64,000 nucleotides of DNA from Octopus sinensis. Lineage: Eukaryota. The position numbers and the translations under genes are program-made. Numbering within the stretch: position 1 is the first letter of the stretch; every line of letters starts with the position of its first letter. The stretch is taken from assembly GCF_006345805.1 (NCBI RefSeq), contig NC_043011.1, positions 30,764,464 to 30,828,463 of the forward strand. The letters are read 5' to 3'. The notes under the pieces are model-generated. The model saw only the letters and a program-made list of their open reading frames with translations, ran no database searches and had not been told where the DNA came from. This document shows, one piece after another, positions 52,353 to 64,000 of this stretch.

Positions 52353-55069
52353 TGTACATTTTCATTTCACGTTACTCCAGCCCACTCTTCTGGCAAAGAT
52401 TAGTAGTCCTGCGACTGACCAGCGTCTCGTCCAAGGGGAAATGTATACACCACGGAAACCGGGAAACAGGCCTTTATGAATCTATATCACCCGGGAAGGA
52501 ACTTTTCTTTTTTACTTACATGGATCAAAGAAACATAAGTCACAATAATAGACATTGGAGAAGACGTAGACCCATGGTTAGCGTTCAAAAGCAAGTTTAA
52601 CGAAAGGTGACCTAACCTGTGATCAGGGGTCTTTCACAACAAAAATAAAGATCCAGCAAAAGCCAAGCAACGACTAAATATACGTACGACAAATTCCATC
52701 AATTTTACCATTGTAAATAGAAACAACAGTAAGTACAAGTCACAACATAATCGAAGAATATGAACAAAGGCTGTGGTGGAGTTAGATAAACTAATCTCCC
52801 ACAAATCCAATAACAAACTACCGAATTGCCCGCACTTCTCCATGACCAAGATGAGTGGGGTGTCTTTCCTCTGCTCAGACTACGATGTATAAATGTGAAT
52901 AACTTGATATCAGTTTAGAGTTACTTGCTTCAAGAACTTAGATCTCCGGATATAAATATGGAAACCATCAGTGAAACGAGGATTACCGGGAATTATCAGG
53001 ACGGACATTCTCGCGCTGAAGATGGGGTAGGATGGCAGTGTTATTTCGGCAAGGCTTGTGTCTCAAGAGACGGATTACCTTCCAACATTTAGCCGGTGAA
53101 TCGGTAGTGCTGGACTTAAACATTAATGAAAGCGGTACTTCCAGATTACAGACCATCTATACTCTGACTAGGTAAGAGTGGACTGAATTCTCCAGGCATC
53201 TAGAAGTGTTGTTGAGAACGTCTCGTCAATTAGTAGTAGTGGAAGTGGTATTGCGATGACACTGTGTGGGATTAGCGGGTAGAATAGGTGTGTTATATAC
53301 TTAATCCCTCATACATGTCCTCTTTTATCCCTTCTACGTGTACTGAGTCCTGAGTAACTTCTGTGAAAGCTGAAAGTGTTAAGAGACATCCTGTATGAAG
53401 CGTGATGTGGACAGCCATTTCGGCACACGCGAATGATCATATCTCAACAATGTTGGACATCACGGAAATCAAGATGTTCGAGACCACACTAAAAGAATTT
53501 GAGACAGTGATATGAGGGAAGATTAACCAGGTAAACTTGCAGCTCGGTACCAGAAAAGGCAAGTTCATGCCGCTGAACAGTTTTAGTATGATGAACCAAA
53601 GGATTTCAAGTGACTACAACTTGTTTCTCTCCTCTAAGATCTTGAAATATTTTAGATGCGAGAAATATTTCAACCACAATGCGTTATGATTTATAAACTG
53701 AAAAATCTATTATGTACTGAGAAAAACCTATATCATAAAGATTGGAACTCCTACTAAATCACTAGAAATACCACAAAATATATTTGTATTAGGAATATCA
53801 ATTGATATTTGGCAACTCTAAATGTCGAGAATAAAATAACCTGAATAAAAAACACAACTTCCTCAATTGAATCCTTTACCTTTTGTACAAAGTTTTATTC
53901 GTACCCCCTCCCCCCACATTACTATAGAATTGTTGTTTTATAGTATTATTGAATCATCGTTTACAGGAACAATACTATAACAGACAAGAGTCACAGCATA
54001 AATGTTCATGTCGCGACTCCTATCAGAAAAAGATACCAACACCGAGGATAGTAACATCTTCTGGATTAGTGAGTGATAGATCCTATCAGACTAATATATT
54101 TTGTGGCATTTCTACTGATTTATGATATAGTTGTTTCTTAGTACATAATAGATTTTTCAGTTTATTAATCAGAACGCATTGTGGTTGAAAACTTTCTCGC
54201 GTCTACAAATAGTTTAAACATTTGTATAAAATTTAACGATTGTGTTAAACTTGATTCCTCTCTATATATGTAATAATATATAAACACCGTTAAAGGAATA
54301 GAAAGTAAACTGTGCCCAAAAAATACAGAATATAATTATATTACTGAAATCTCATGTCGTAAGGATAGATTTATCTTAACAGAAATCTGAATAAAAACAA
54401 AAGCACTATATATTAAAATACAAAAAAAGGATACATACATTGAGGAGAGTAACATCTTCTGGATAAGTGAGTGATAGATCTCATGAGATTTTAGCTATAG
54501 TACTAAAGAAGTTCGGTTTTCTATTTTCGTGAAAAGAAATCTTCGAGTTCCTGATAAGGTCTGCCAGATGGTAAGGTTTTAAAGTTGAAAACGAGCTTTG
54601 AATAATGACATAATGTAATCATTCTGATGTCATAATTGTTATTATATTTATACCAAACCTTTAATTACATCCCCAAAATAATCAATACAGCAAGTTACTT
54701 GAGAATCTGGGACTGGTTTTTCAATCAGACAAGAAACAATTTTGAAAAAGTGAAAATAATGATAGCAAAATTCGTAGAAATTTTCTGCTAGGAGTCACAG
54801 TAAGAACATTTGTGCTGTGATTTCTGTCTGTTATAGTATTGTTCCTATAAGCGATGATTCACCAATATTATAAAGCTACAGTTCCTTACACTGCTCTATA
54901 GTACTGTGGGGGGAAAGTGTGCGAATAAAAAAGGCCTCTTCATGAGATATCTTGAGTAAGAAGTTTGTAATTACTTTTGACAGGGTTTTCTGAATTGTCA
55001 ATAAACTTGAGAAAACACTCAAATTATTCTTCTACTTCAACTAAGTTACTGGAAAAATATTTTTCTCTC

Positions 55070-55385
55070 TTATTTGTTTCAGTCATTAGCCTGCGGTCAT
55101 GTCGGGGCACCGTCTTGAAGAATTTTAGGCGAACGAATCGGCCACAGTACTTATTCTATCGGTTTTTTTTTTTTACCGAAGCACGGAGAGCGTAAACGCT
55201 CTAATACCAGTTGTCAAGCGGTGGTGGAGGACAAACGCAGACAAAGTTACACATATATAAGACGGACTTCTTTCAGTTTCCGCCTACCAAATCCACTCAG
55301 GAGACTTTGGTTGGCCTGAAACTATAGTAGAACTATAGCTTCAAGCCAATACACACCGAAGATACCACGCAGTGAGACTGAAATC
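55070..55385 (-). mobile_element. Diverged Nin-SINE
   Basis: Family core and tail. Confidence 0.65.
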
Positions 55386-55449
55386 AAACTGTAGAGTATT
55401 GAAATCGTTGTGATGTCATAATACAGTTCTTATAAATAACACTTCAAAA

Positions 55450-55640
55450 ATAGAGTTCTATATTTAAGAGATGAGGAATTATGTACATTATTTACATTCG
55501 ACGGATATTTGTCCTCATCTTGTTCGTTGTTAACACAACGTTACGACTGATATACACTCCAAACTTCTTCAGGTGTCTTGGAGAACCCAGTTTCGAAATT
55601 TTGCCCAAGACACTTGATGAAGGCTGGAGGGTATATCAAG
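55450..55640. mobile_element. Palindromic Penelope-pLTR-like remnant with two inverted degenerate hammerheads
   Basis: Inverted arms at 55548-55581 and 55605-55638 carry GACAC-(C/T)TGA(A/T)GA cores. Confidence 0.6.
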
Positions 55641-55825
55641 ATGTGAATTTTATTTTTTGGAGAAAGGAAGAAAGAGAGAAAGACAAGAAGAAGGACAAGA
55701 AAGAATAAGAAAGAAAAGGGGGAGAGAGACAGGGAGAAAGAGACTTCATTTTAATTATAAAAATTATAAAAAATTCAGTGAATGACTTTCTTACGAGTTC
55801 CAATACCAATTTTATTAGTAAAATT

Positions 55826-56220
55826 ACTCTTTTACTCTTTTACCTTTTACTTGTTTCAGTCATTTGACTGTGGCCATGCTGGAGCACCGCCTTTAGTCGA
55901 GAAAATCGCCCCCAGGACTTCTTCTTTGAAAGCCTAGTACTTATTCTATCGGTCTCTTTTGCCGAACCGCTAAGTTACGGCGACGTAAACACACCAGCAT
56001 CGGTTGTCAAGCGACGTTGTGGGGACAAACACAGACACACAAACATACACACACACATACATATATACATACATATATACGATGTATTTCTTTCAATTAC
56101 CATCTACCAAATTCACTCACATGGCTTTGGTCGGCCCGAGGCTATAGTAGAAGGCACTTGCCCAAGGTGCCACGCAGTGGGACTGAACCCGAAGCCATGT
56201 GGTTAGTAAGCAAGCTACTT
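55826..56220 (-). mobile_element. Near full-length Nin-SINE
   Basis: Family consensus. Confidence 0.85.
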
Positions 56221-56814
56221 TATTTCATAGAAATTTGCCATAAAGGCATTACACAGAGTAGCTTGCGGGCTAGACATAAACATTAATGAAGCGGATCATT
56301 ATGATGAAAAATGATAAAGATGGCTACTTACACACTCCACCAGCTCTGATCAACCATTGCTCCAAATTGTACCCCAGACCATCACAGAATAGCTGTTGTG
56401 TTTCATTGTTGGTTGCAATCTTTTCACATCAAATTCTTGATCACAGAGTCTCCAGACACACACTCGAACCACTCTCACGAAATACACCAAATCTGAAGTC
56501 ATCAGAGAATATAATCTTTTCTCCGCGTTTTTCCAGCGTTCACCACTTCACTTCGTTATGGCTTAACAACCCTCACCGTTTGCTTTTACTGTTTTGTTCT
56601 TAATGTCCTGTTTCTGTTACCACTTTAATCCTCCGCAAAAAAATCCCAAATTTTATTTAATTTGCTTTGTGAGAAGGACTGTTTTAACGAAGTCGCGTAT
56701 TGTCCCTACCTTCGGAACGCGAAGTAGATAAAACAGGGGACAACTGATGAAGGGAATGTTCATTATGTTGCTTGTCTCGTTTCTCTGTTTGTGTATGTGT
56801 ACGTATGTACTATG

Positions 56815-56920
56815 TTTATATGTATGTATGTACGTATGCATGTATGTATGTATGTATGTATGTATGTATGTATGTATGTATGTATGTATGTATGTATGTA
56901 TGTATGTATGTATGTATGTA
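56815..56920. repeat. (TATG)n microsatellite
   Basis: Direct reading. Confidence 0.95.
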
Positions 56921-57039
56921 TACGTGCAGATTTGTATATCTTGTTTTATGTGTCTTCTCATGCTTATACTTGCATATCTAGACATCCTTATATATACTTA
57001 AATGATAAACGTCTGGAAGGTTTCACTGATTTTTACCGT

Positions 57040-58215
57040 TCCAGTTTTTTTTACCGTTGGATCTATAGTCTTTGAATCAGTTTTCTCATTCCTGGTTTTG
57101 AGAAGCCTAATTTCTCAAAATTGGTATTTAGGTAGTGTGTTACATATCCCACTGCCCCAATAATTACAAGTATAAACCTGAATTTGGAATCTGGATAGAG
57201 TACCTGCAGATTTCTCAATAGTTCAGAGTAGGTATTCTTTTTTTCCCTGATCTTCAGCGTTATGCTAACATCCGCTAGGCAGCCGATTTCCATAACTCTA
57301 CACAGTTTCTCTTCTCTATTCCAAATCATTATATCAGATCTATTATGTTTACATTTTATTGAGTTTTATACTGGGACATTCCGCCAGTACTCCTTTTTAT
57401 TATGAATGGCAATGACTTCTACCATACTGTCGGTTCTTATGTCTGTCCTCGGGATTATCTTTCGACGGATTTCCTTATATAGTGTCCTAACCACAACATC
57501 ATGTCTCATCGGTAGATAATACCGTGATGACATTTTTGGACAACCGCTAATGATGATGGTTATCTTCGGTGTTAACTCCACAAAGTCTACATCGATTGTC
57601 ACATTTTACCGCTTTTCCTGCATCTCTGTCCCTTTTGTGCATCAGGTATTTGGTTGATATTTCCTGTTCCTGGATTGCAAACACATACCCTTGAAAGTGG
57701 GAGTTAGTAATCCGGTAGATGGTCCATGATAGACTGCTTTGATGATCGATGTTACTATCATCACGGAGCTTTCTACTAACATAAAACCATGAATAGTTTT
57801 CTGCTCATATAGACTCATCCTTTCATATGATGCGGTTGGCTTGTATGACTTCTTTAAGTATGTATTGAAGGCTATCAGACAAGGAATGCTGCTCAAGGAG
57901 TTACCTTCCAAGTCTTGTGATGTCATCAACCTCATGTATGCAAACTTGGTCAAGGGATACACTTCGACATTTGGTGCTTAAAAGATGTTGCCGAAGGAAT
58001 ATGATACGACACTCAACGGCATTTTGGATCGATGTTAAGCCTCTGCTGCCTTGTTTTCGTTTTAGGCAGAAGTGGTTTGCGTCACTGTTTATATGGGAAT
58101 TATGTATTAGTATTTCCTGAGTTTTCACATCAATTGCTTGAAGCTCATCAAGCGCCCAATCAAGCAGCCCAAATGTTGGTATGAGTACTGGCATGCAAAC
58201 ACATTGTGGGTCATA
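57040..58215 (-). mobile_element. Second decayed R4/Dong-like RLE LINE
   Basis: LKRKQGSRGLTSI, ISGCPKMSSRYYLPMRHDVV, R.DIMIWN..MEIGC, EKKNTY and VIIGAVG. Confidence 0.8.
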
Positions 58216-58592
58216 GTTTTATTCGGATGTTGCATGTATGTAAGTATGTCTGTCTGTCTGTATGTATGTAGGTATGTATGTAGGTATGTATGTATGTATG
58301 TATGTATGTATGTATGTATGCATGTATGTATGTATTTAACACGAATGTTTTATAAAATGGACGAGGAGCGAGAATAGACGACCTGGAAGTCGACATTAGG
58401 TGTAGTACGCATGTAAACGTTTTCAGCCAAATGCATTATGGTTAATAAACTGAAATGCTATTATGTCCTGTTAGTAAGCGCTACATTTGCCCTAGATCAG
58501 TTGAAAAGATATGCAAGAAAAATTCCAGAAATATCTGTATTGATTGATACAACGCATAAAAATAAATATGAAAAAAATAATCAAAGTAACTA

Positions 58593-59864
58593 TTGGGTTG
58601 TCCGGAAAGTTCGTGCCGATTTATAGTAGCTTACCTTTCGGCTTAATGGTTGACTCCATAAAATAGGATTTGACTACACCTCAATTTAGAGCACAGTTTA
58701 AGCTATCTTTTCGTGGAAGAAGGTTTATGTTCCTATAACCTGTGTTAATTCCGTAACCTTTTGAAATGGAAGATAAGAAAGTTCATTTTCGGCACTTTAT
58801 GCTTTTCTTTTTCCGTAAAGGGAAAAATGCCTCACAAACATCCAAAGAAATATGCACATTTTACGGTGATGTTTCTTTATCCGAAAGAACTGTACGGAAG
58901 TGGTTCGCAACGTTCCGAGCTGGAGATTGTAGCCTTAATGATAAAGAGCGATCAGGCAGACCATCCACGACAGATGATGACCAAATCAAGTCATTAATTG
59001 AGAATAATCCACATTGCACAACCTGAGAATTGGCAGAAAGCCTCAACCAGTCAAAATCCGTCGTTCATGAGCACCTGGTAAAGCTTGGGTACACAAATCG
59101 CTATGATGTTTGGGTACCACGTGAGTTGAGTGAGAAGAACCTTTTGGATCGTGTTTCCATCTATGATTCGCCTCATAAACGGAATGAAAACGTGCCTTTT
59201 TTAAAGCAAATTGTGACAGGTGATGAGAAATGGATTATCTACCGAAATGTTCAGAGAAAGTGATTTTGGAGTAAGCGACATGAGCCACCCTTAGCCACCC
59301 CAAAAGCGGGTCTTCACCCTAAAAAAGTCTTGCTTTGTGTCTGGTAGGATTGGAAAGGAATTCTGTACTATAAGCTTCACCCAAGTTATTAATTAATTCT
59401 GAGAAATACTGCACACAACTGGACGAGTTAAAAGCAGCAATTCAAAAGAAACGTCCGGAATTGACCAATAGGAAAGAGTATTGTTTTCCAACATGATAGT
59501 GCAAGACCGCACGTTTCTTTGGGAACCAGACAAAAATTGCTGAAGCTCGGCTGGGATGTGTTACCCCACCCTCCATATTCACCAGATATTGCTCCTTCGA
59601 ATTTCCACTTGTTCAGGTCTCTGCAGAATAGTCTCAATGGTGAAAATTTCAATTCCTTGGATGACGTAAAAAGATATCTTGATGAATTCTTTGCCATGAA
59701 ACCACCTCAATTCTGGGAAGAAGATATTTTCAAGTTAAATGAAAGATGGTGACGCATTGTGCAACGAAATGGTTCATATTTGGTTGATTAAAAATGTAAT
59801 GGCAAGTATTTCTTGACCTTTTTCTTTCCTTTAAAAATCGGCACGAACTTTCCGGACAACCCAA
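58593..59864 (+). mobile_element. Full-length mariner transposon (1272 bp)
   Basis: 30-bp perfect TIRs, TA TSD at 58591-92 and 59865-66, and an internal transposase. Confidence 0.95.
58766..59790 (+). pseudogene. Mariner DD34D transposase pseudogene
   Basis: GRP, WVPREL, IVTGDEKW, HDSARPH and HPPYSPDIAPSN motifs. Several in-frame stops and frameshifts; the third catalytic D is N. Confidence 0.92.
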
Positions 59865-60439
59865 TATTTTCACATTTTGTACAAAATTTACCTGGGGTAT
59901 TATAAAAAGTTCGGATTTAGAATTTCGGTAAACAAAAAAGTTTCTGTCAGATAACTTCTGCGAAAAATTCCGATAATTTTGACATTTTTGCTTCGAATTC
60001 GAAATGTGGCAGCAGAAGTGACGTGTTTTAGTCATTGTGCCGTCATAATCATTATTACTGTGTGTAAACCAAATCTTCAATTACCTCTTCAAATAATCAA
60101 TACAACAAGTGGTTTGAGAATCTGGGTTTGCTTTTTGTTGACGAGAAATCATTTCGAAACTCCGTAAATACTAACAGTAAAATACGTAGAAAATCTTTTG
60201 CGGGAATCGTGACAAGAAGCTTTGTAAGGTGATTTTCCGCTTGTGATATGTATATCTATATATTTTTTTTCTTGTGTACGTTCTTTTCACTGTTGATAAT
60301 TATTACCGTTCTTTATTGCCATTATACTATGGAACTACCCAACCGAGTAACCTGGCAGAATCGTAAAATCGTCGGGAAAATATACATTGCGATTTATATG
60401 GTCTTAACATTCTAAGTTCAAATCCAGCTACGGTCAATA

Positions 60440-61250
60440 AATTGAAGTTGTCCCCAGGTGTAGCAGTCTGACTGTGCTTCACTTTCTGTGGTCCTTCCCC
60501 GTGTTGTTTTTTGGCTTACCACGCTTCCGTCTCTTATGGTGCGTCCATAGGAAAGCTTGCGTGCTAATGTTGGAAACAGGCTCACGTAGCGTGTGTCCAA
60601 ACCAATCCGTTTCTGAACTAACTTTCGACAGAGTGTTGCTTCCACCTGGTTCCACAAAGCTCTCTTTCTGAGTCCGTCTTACCATCATACCCGAAGGCTG
60701 TTCTGGAGACATTTATTCACAAATGTATGGAGCTTGTTGACTAAGAGAGCTTTGTGATTCGACGTGCTTCACACGTGTACAACATAAATGTTTGTATTAA
60801 AAATCTTGAGTGTTGTGTTTGTTGACAAAGTCTCTAATCTCCAGATGACTGAACATCATTGAAAGCAGCTGTAGCTTTTCCAGTCCTTGATTTTACGCCC
60901 CGGTCCGTTTCGCTTCCCTTGTATGTAAAATGACTGACATCTTCCATTCCTTCTCTTCTGACTGTAAAGCTGACATCTTCAGTCGTGCGCACTTGCATGC
61001 TTTTTGTATTCGCAATATTGATCTTGAGACCAACTTTTATGAATGCTACGCTTATATCCTGTGACCTCCTCTTCCATATTAATGTGACGCTGGAAGGAAA
61101 GAGCAATGCCATTGGCAAAGATGACATCTTCTGTGTGGTTGAAGAACGACCGTTGTATTCTTCTTGATTGTACTTTGGTTGTTTCTTTCACCAATCAGTC
61201 GATTGCCTTTAGGGAAAGAAAGGTAGACAGATATCTTTGTTTCACTGCCG
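60440..61250 (-). mobile_element. Decayed RTE-clade LINE fragment
   Basis: VIFANGIAL (FADD equivalent), KVGLKINIANTKSM, VSHFTY.GS, WFGHTLR and RKRGKPKNT. Confidence 0.75.
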
Positions 61251-61689
61251 AGACGAAGCTCTACAAGATCAATTTAGTGAGGGGAGGTAGCTGAAGTCAG
61301 GACAGATGCACCTAGCTACAAGGGAATCTTTGCTCTACGAAAGGCTTGAAGAGGACAATTCACTGCTCATTATTCTAGTAATTATTGTCAAATGTATTTT
61401 TGTGTTTATTACGTTTTGCCAGTGACCACATCATGTCAACGTTGTCGTTTTACACCAGGTCATATTGTATGTTAGCCTTATCCGTCACTCAATTTAACAT
61501 CACTACTAGGATATTAGTTTCCTCTACCGGAAAGCATTTTGGACTTGGTACCTGTTGTATTTGCAAGATATCGAATTATCCAACATCTGGAGGAGGATTT
61601 GATATATTGATGCCCTGCTTCCTACTGCACCCACGCGCGTGTTACGGTTTCTGTTTTATTTCCTTGGCCAAATTTGAAGACCTCGTGGG

Positions 61690-62400
61690 ATGCACAGGGT
61701 AGATATGTTGTGAAATGTACAGGACTTTATGTTCCGCATGCAGTTATCTGGCTACAACCAAAGAGATAGAGTCGGAGTGTACAGGGGAAGTAGGAAGAAT
61801 TTAGATGACATCATAAGTAAGGAAGCCAGTGGAACCCGCCTTAGGTACAGAGGCAAACATTGGAACAGAATACAAAGAATTAGGGCAAACTCAAACAGAA
61901 CAAACACTTGGTAAAACGTAAAGGCATTTCAAGGGGTAATGTTTGTAGTGGCTATGCCGTATGGAGAGTTAGCCTGTAGGTTCAGAAATGCTATGAAGAA
62001 AACTAAACTTAACATTGAAGTTGTAGAAAAAATAGGGTGGTTGATCAAATAATAGTTATGTAAGAAACACTCCTTGGACAAGATCACATGTACTGATAAG
62101 AACAGCATTGTGGGTACTTTTAACTTCAGACTGTAAGACCAGAAATGTAGTCTCCCAATAAAATGCATGGAGGGCCATTGTAGGAACCGGAATACGACAT
62201 ACATTGAAGAGACTTCTATGTGTTTAGCTGAGAGGCTAAATGAACATTGATGGGAGTATAAGAACCCGGGACAATGGTCGCTGCTCTACCAACATGCCAG
62301 GGATTAACATAGCGGCATGCTGAATCAAATTCGTATTGAAATCTTGTCTAAAAACCCGAGGTGTTTTTCTCTGAGACAGATATAGTGCCAACACTAAATT
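61690..62400 (+). mobile_element. Decayed Penelope-like element C-terminal region
   Basis: RMQLSGY thumb-like motif, MFVVAMPYGELA, VVEK.G and C...C....YIEETS..LAER (YIG-like). Confidence 0.55.
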
Positions 62401-62584
62401 GAAAATATACATAGTAAATAATAGAACCACAACACTACTGTCACTATCTGGGTGTATGTACATCCGTGTGGGTGGGAGAGCATGTGCGTTCATAAGTAGG
62501 TGTATATAGGGTAGTATTAGAATGATAGCAGGATACACAGAGCTCCAGAAAGATAAATTCATGTAATTATGAACAATTCCAATA

Positions 62585-62790
62585 CATAACACAAACATAC
62601 ACACACATGTAGACAAACTACACACATATCTACGCACACAGGTACACATGAACGCAAACAGGTACACATGAACGCAAACAGGTGCACATGAACGCACACA
62701 GGTACACATGAACGCACACACACACATATGCGCGCACATCATACACACACACACAATACACATGCTTAGGAACACACACGCAACGATACA
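62585..62790. repeat. (CA)n-rich tract with 20-bp minisatellite CAGGTACACATGAACGCA(A/C)A, four copies
   Basis: Direct reading, 62639-62720. Confidence 0.85.
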
Positions 62791-64000
62791 CACAGACGCT
62801 TACCTATTCAAGAAACAACGGGCTACACCACAAACAAAAACAGACGAAAATACACACACACACACATACAAGAACGATTGCTTGGAGGACAGACAGTATG
62901 TAATAGTGAGTAAACTATCGACAGCTTCTGATTGGTCCAAATTAAGGTTATATATCCCTGTTGAAGACATACTTTCACCCACTCTCTCTACGAGATATCC
63001 TATGAAGCGAAAGTAGTTGTTGATAGGACGTTTCCAGAAGCGTACAGATCAGCACCATCCAGGCCTTAGTACCGAAGACAACTTCTTTACCAAATTCTTC
63101 ACCAAAAATTTATTTCATGGTTGAGTAGATATATGGCTGGAAATTATTGCCAAAGTCTCCCTTGGTCACATTTTTTCTCAACTGCACTATCATTTCTCTA
63201 TTCAAAGAACTGGGAATTCTTTTATTTTACTGCTTTAGACGTTAATCAAAATGAAGGCAAATATGCATAAGTCTCGTAGAGCAGCCCACTGAAAAGCTAT
63301 TTTCACTTCAAATAAATACTTGCGGTTAACCATATGCCATTTTCTATTATTGCCTTTTACCAATACTCAGCCATCTTTGTTGAGTGCCAGCATAGACTGT
63401 CGAGGAAGGTATTAAAGCCTAGTACAACTGAACAAAGTTTTGTTCGAAAGTTGCGTGCATTTCCTTGGAATCGAACAATGCACACCCTATAAGATCATAA
63501 CGTGAGCCCATTGTGCCGATGGATCTTCCAGATGTGCTAAGGAGCTAAACAACAGAACATCCCGAAAATGTTTCTAAACATGTGAAGAAATCCAGCTGCC
63601 CTTTCACGTGTTGAGCACAGCACAAATGTACCTTAGTAAATGGTATTTTAATAGAATAAAAACCAATAATAAAGTCATGAAATGAAAGTATCCTCTTATG
63701 ACGTCAGCTGCCTATGGCCAATCAGGAAACACCACATTATTGCCTCACTGCTATCTACTGAAGGCAAGAATTGTCTAGTCGAATATTCTACCTATGATCT
63801 ACAAGTGCATGTTCGGAACAAACCGATTCACCCGGTTCATGCTCATCTCTTTCAATTTCATACAATTTACTAAGGTGGTAGCACTTCTCTACCCATCTTC
63901 ATTTTCCTCTTCATGTGGTACTTATAAAAAGTGCTGAGGAGGGACTGGACGACTACGAAAATGTTTGTACACAGTCCCTTCATTCTCGTATGCTACATTA

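Noticed and set aside
52860-53560. Possible decayed Penelope/GIY-YIG sequence (GVLY, AISAH)
   Set aside because: Motifs are too fragmentary to support without a profile search.

Overview
This is AT-rich eukaryotic DNA dominated by microsatellites and transposons. Its SINE repertoire (Nin-domain, Meta-domain and CORE-type tRNA-SINEs) points to an octopod cephalopod, which is an inference from repeat families. Only one intact protein-coding gene is supported: a class A GPCR with an intronless CDS (48680-49816, minus strand) and an (S-R/S-Q) repeat in ICL3. The rest is SINEs, decayed LINEs (Tx1/L1, CR1/L2-like, RTE, R4/Dong-like), Penelope-like (GIY-YIG) remnants, mariner/Tc1 elements and MITEs, a Helitron end, a 5S rRNA pseudogene and simple repeats. 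Most listed ORFs are microsatellite or SINE artefacts. The most interesting signal not explained by ORFs is a complete type I hammerhead ribozyme at 964-1060. Related degenerate or half hammerheads occur elsewhere in the window, several at the centre of long palindromes, suggesting ribozyme-bearing non-autonomous Penelope-derived elements. Also notable are multimeric MetaSINEs inserted as one unit, a locally templated inverted insertion, and a near-complete insect-like mariner with its own MITE. All calls were made by eye, with no database search or folding run.
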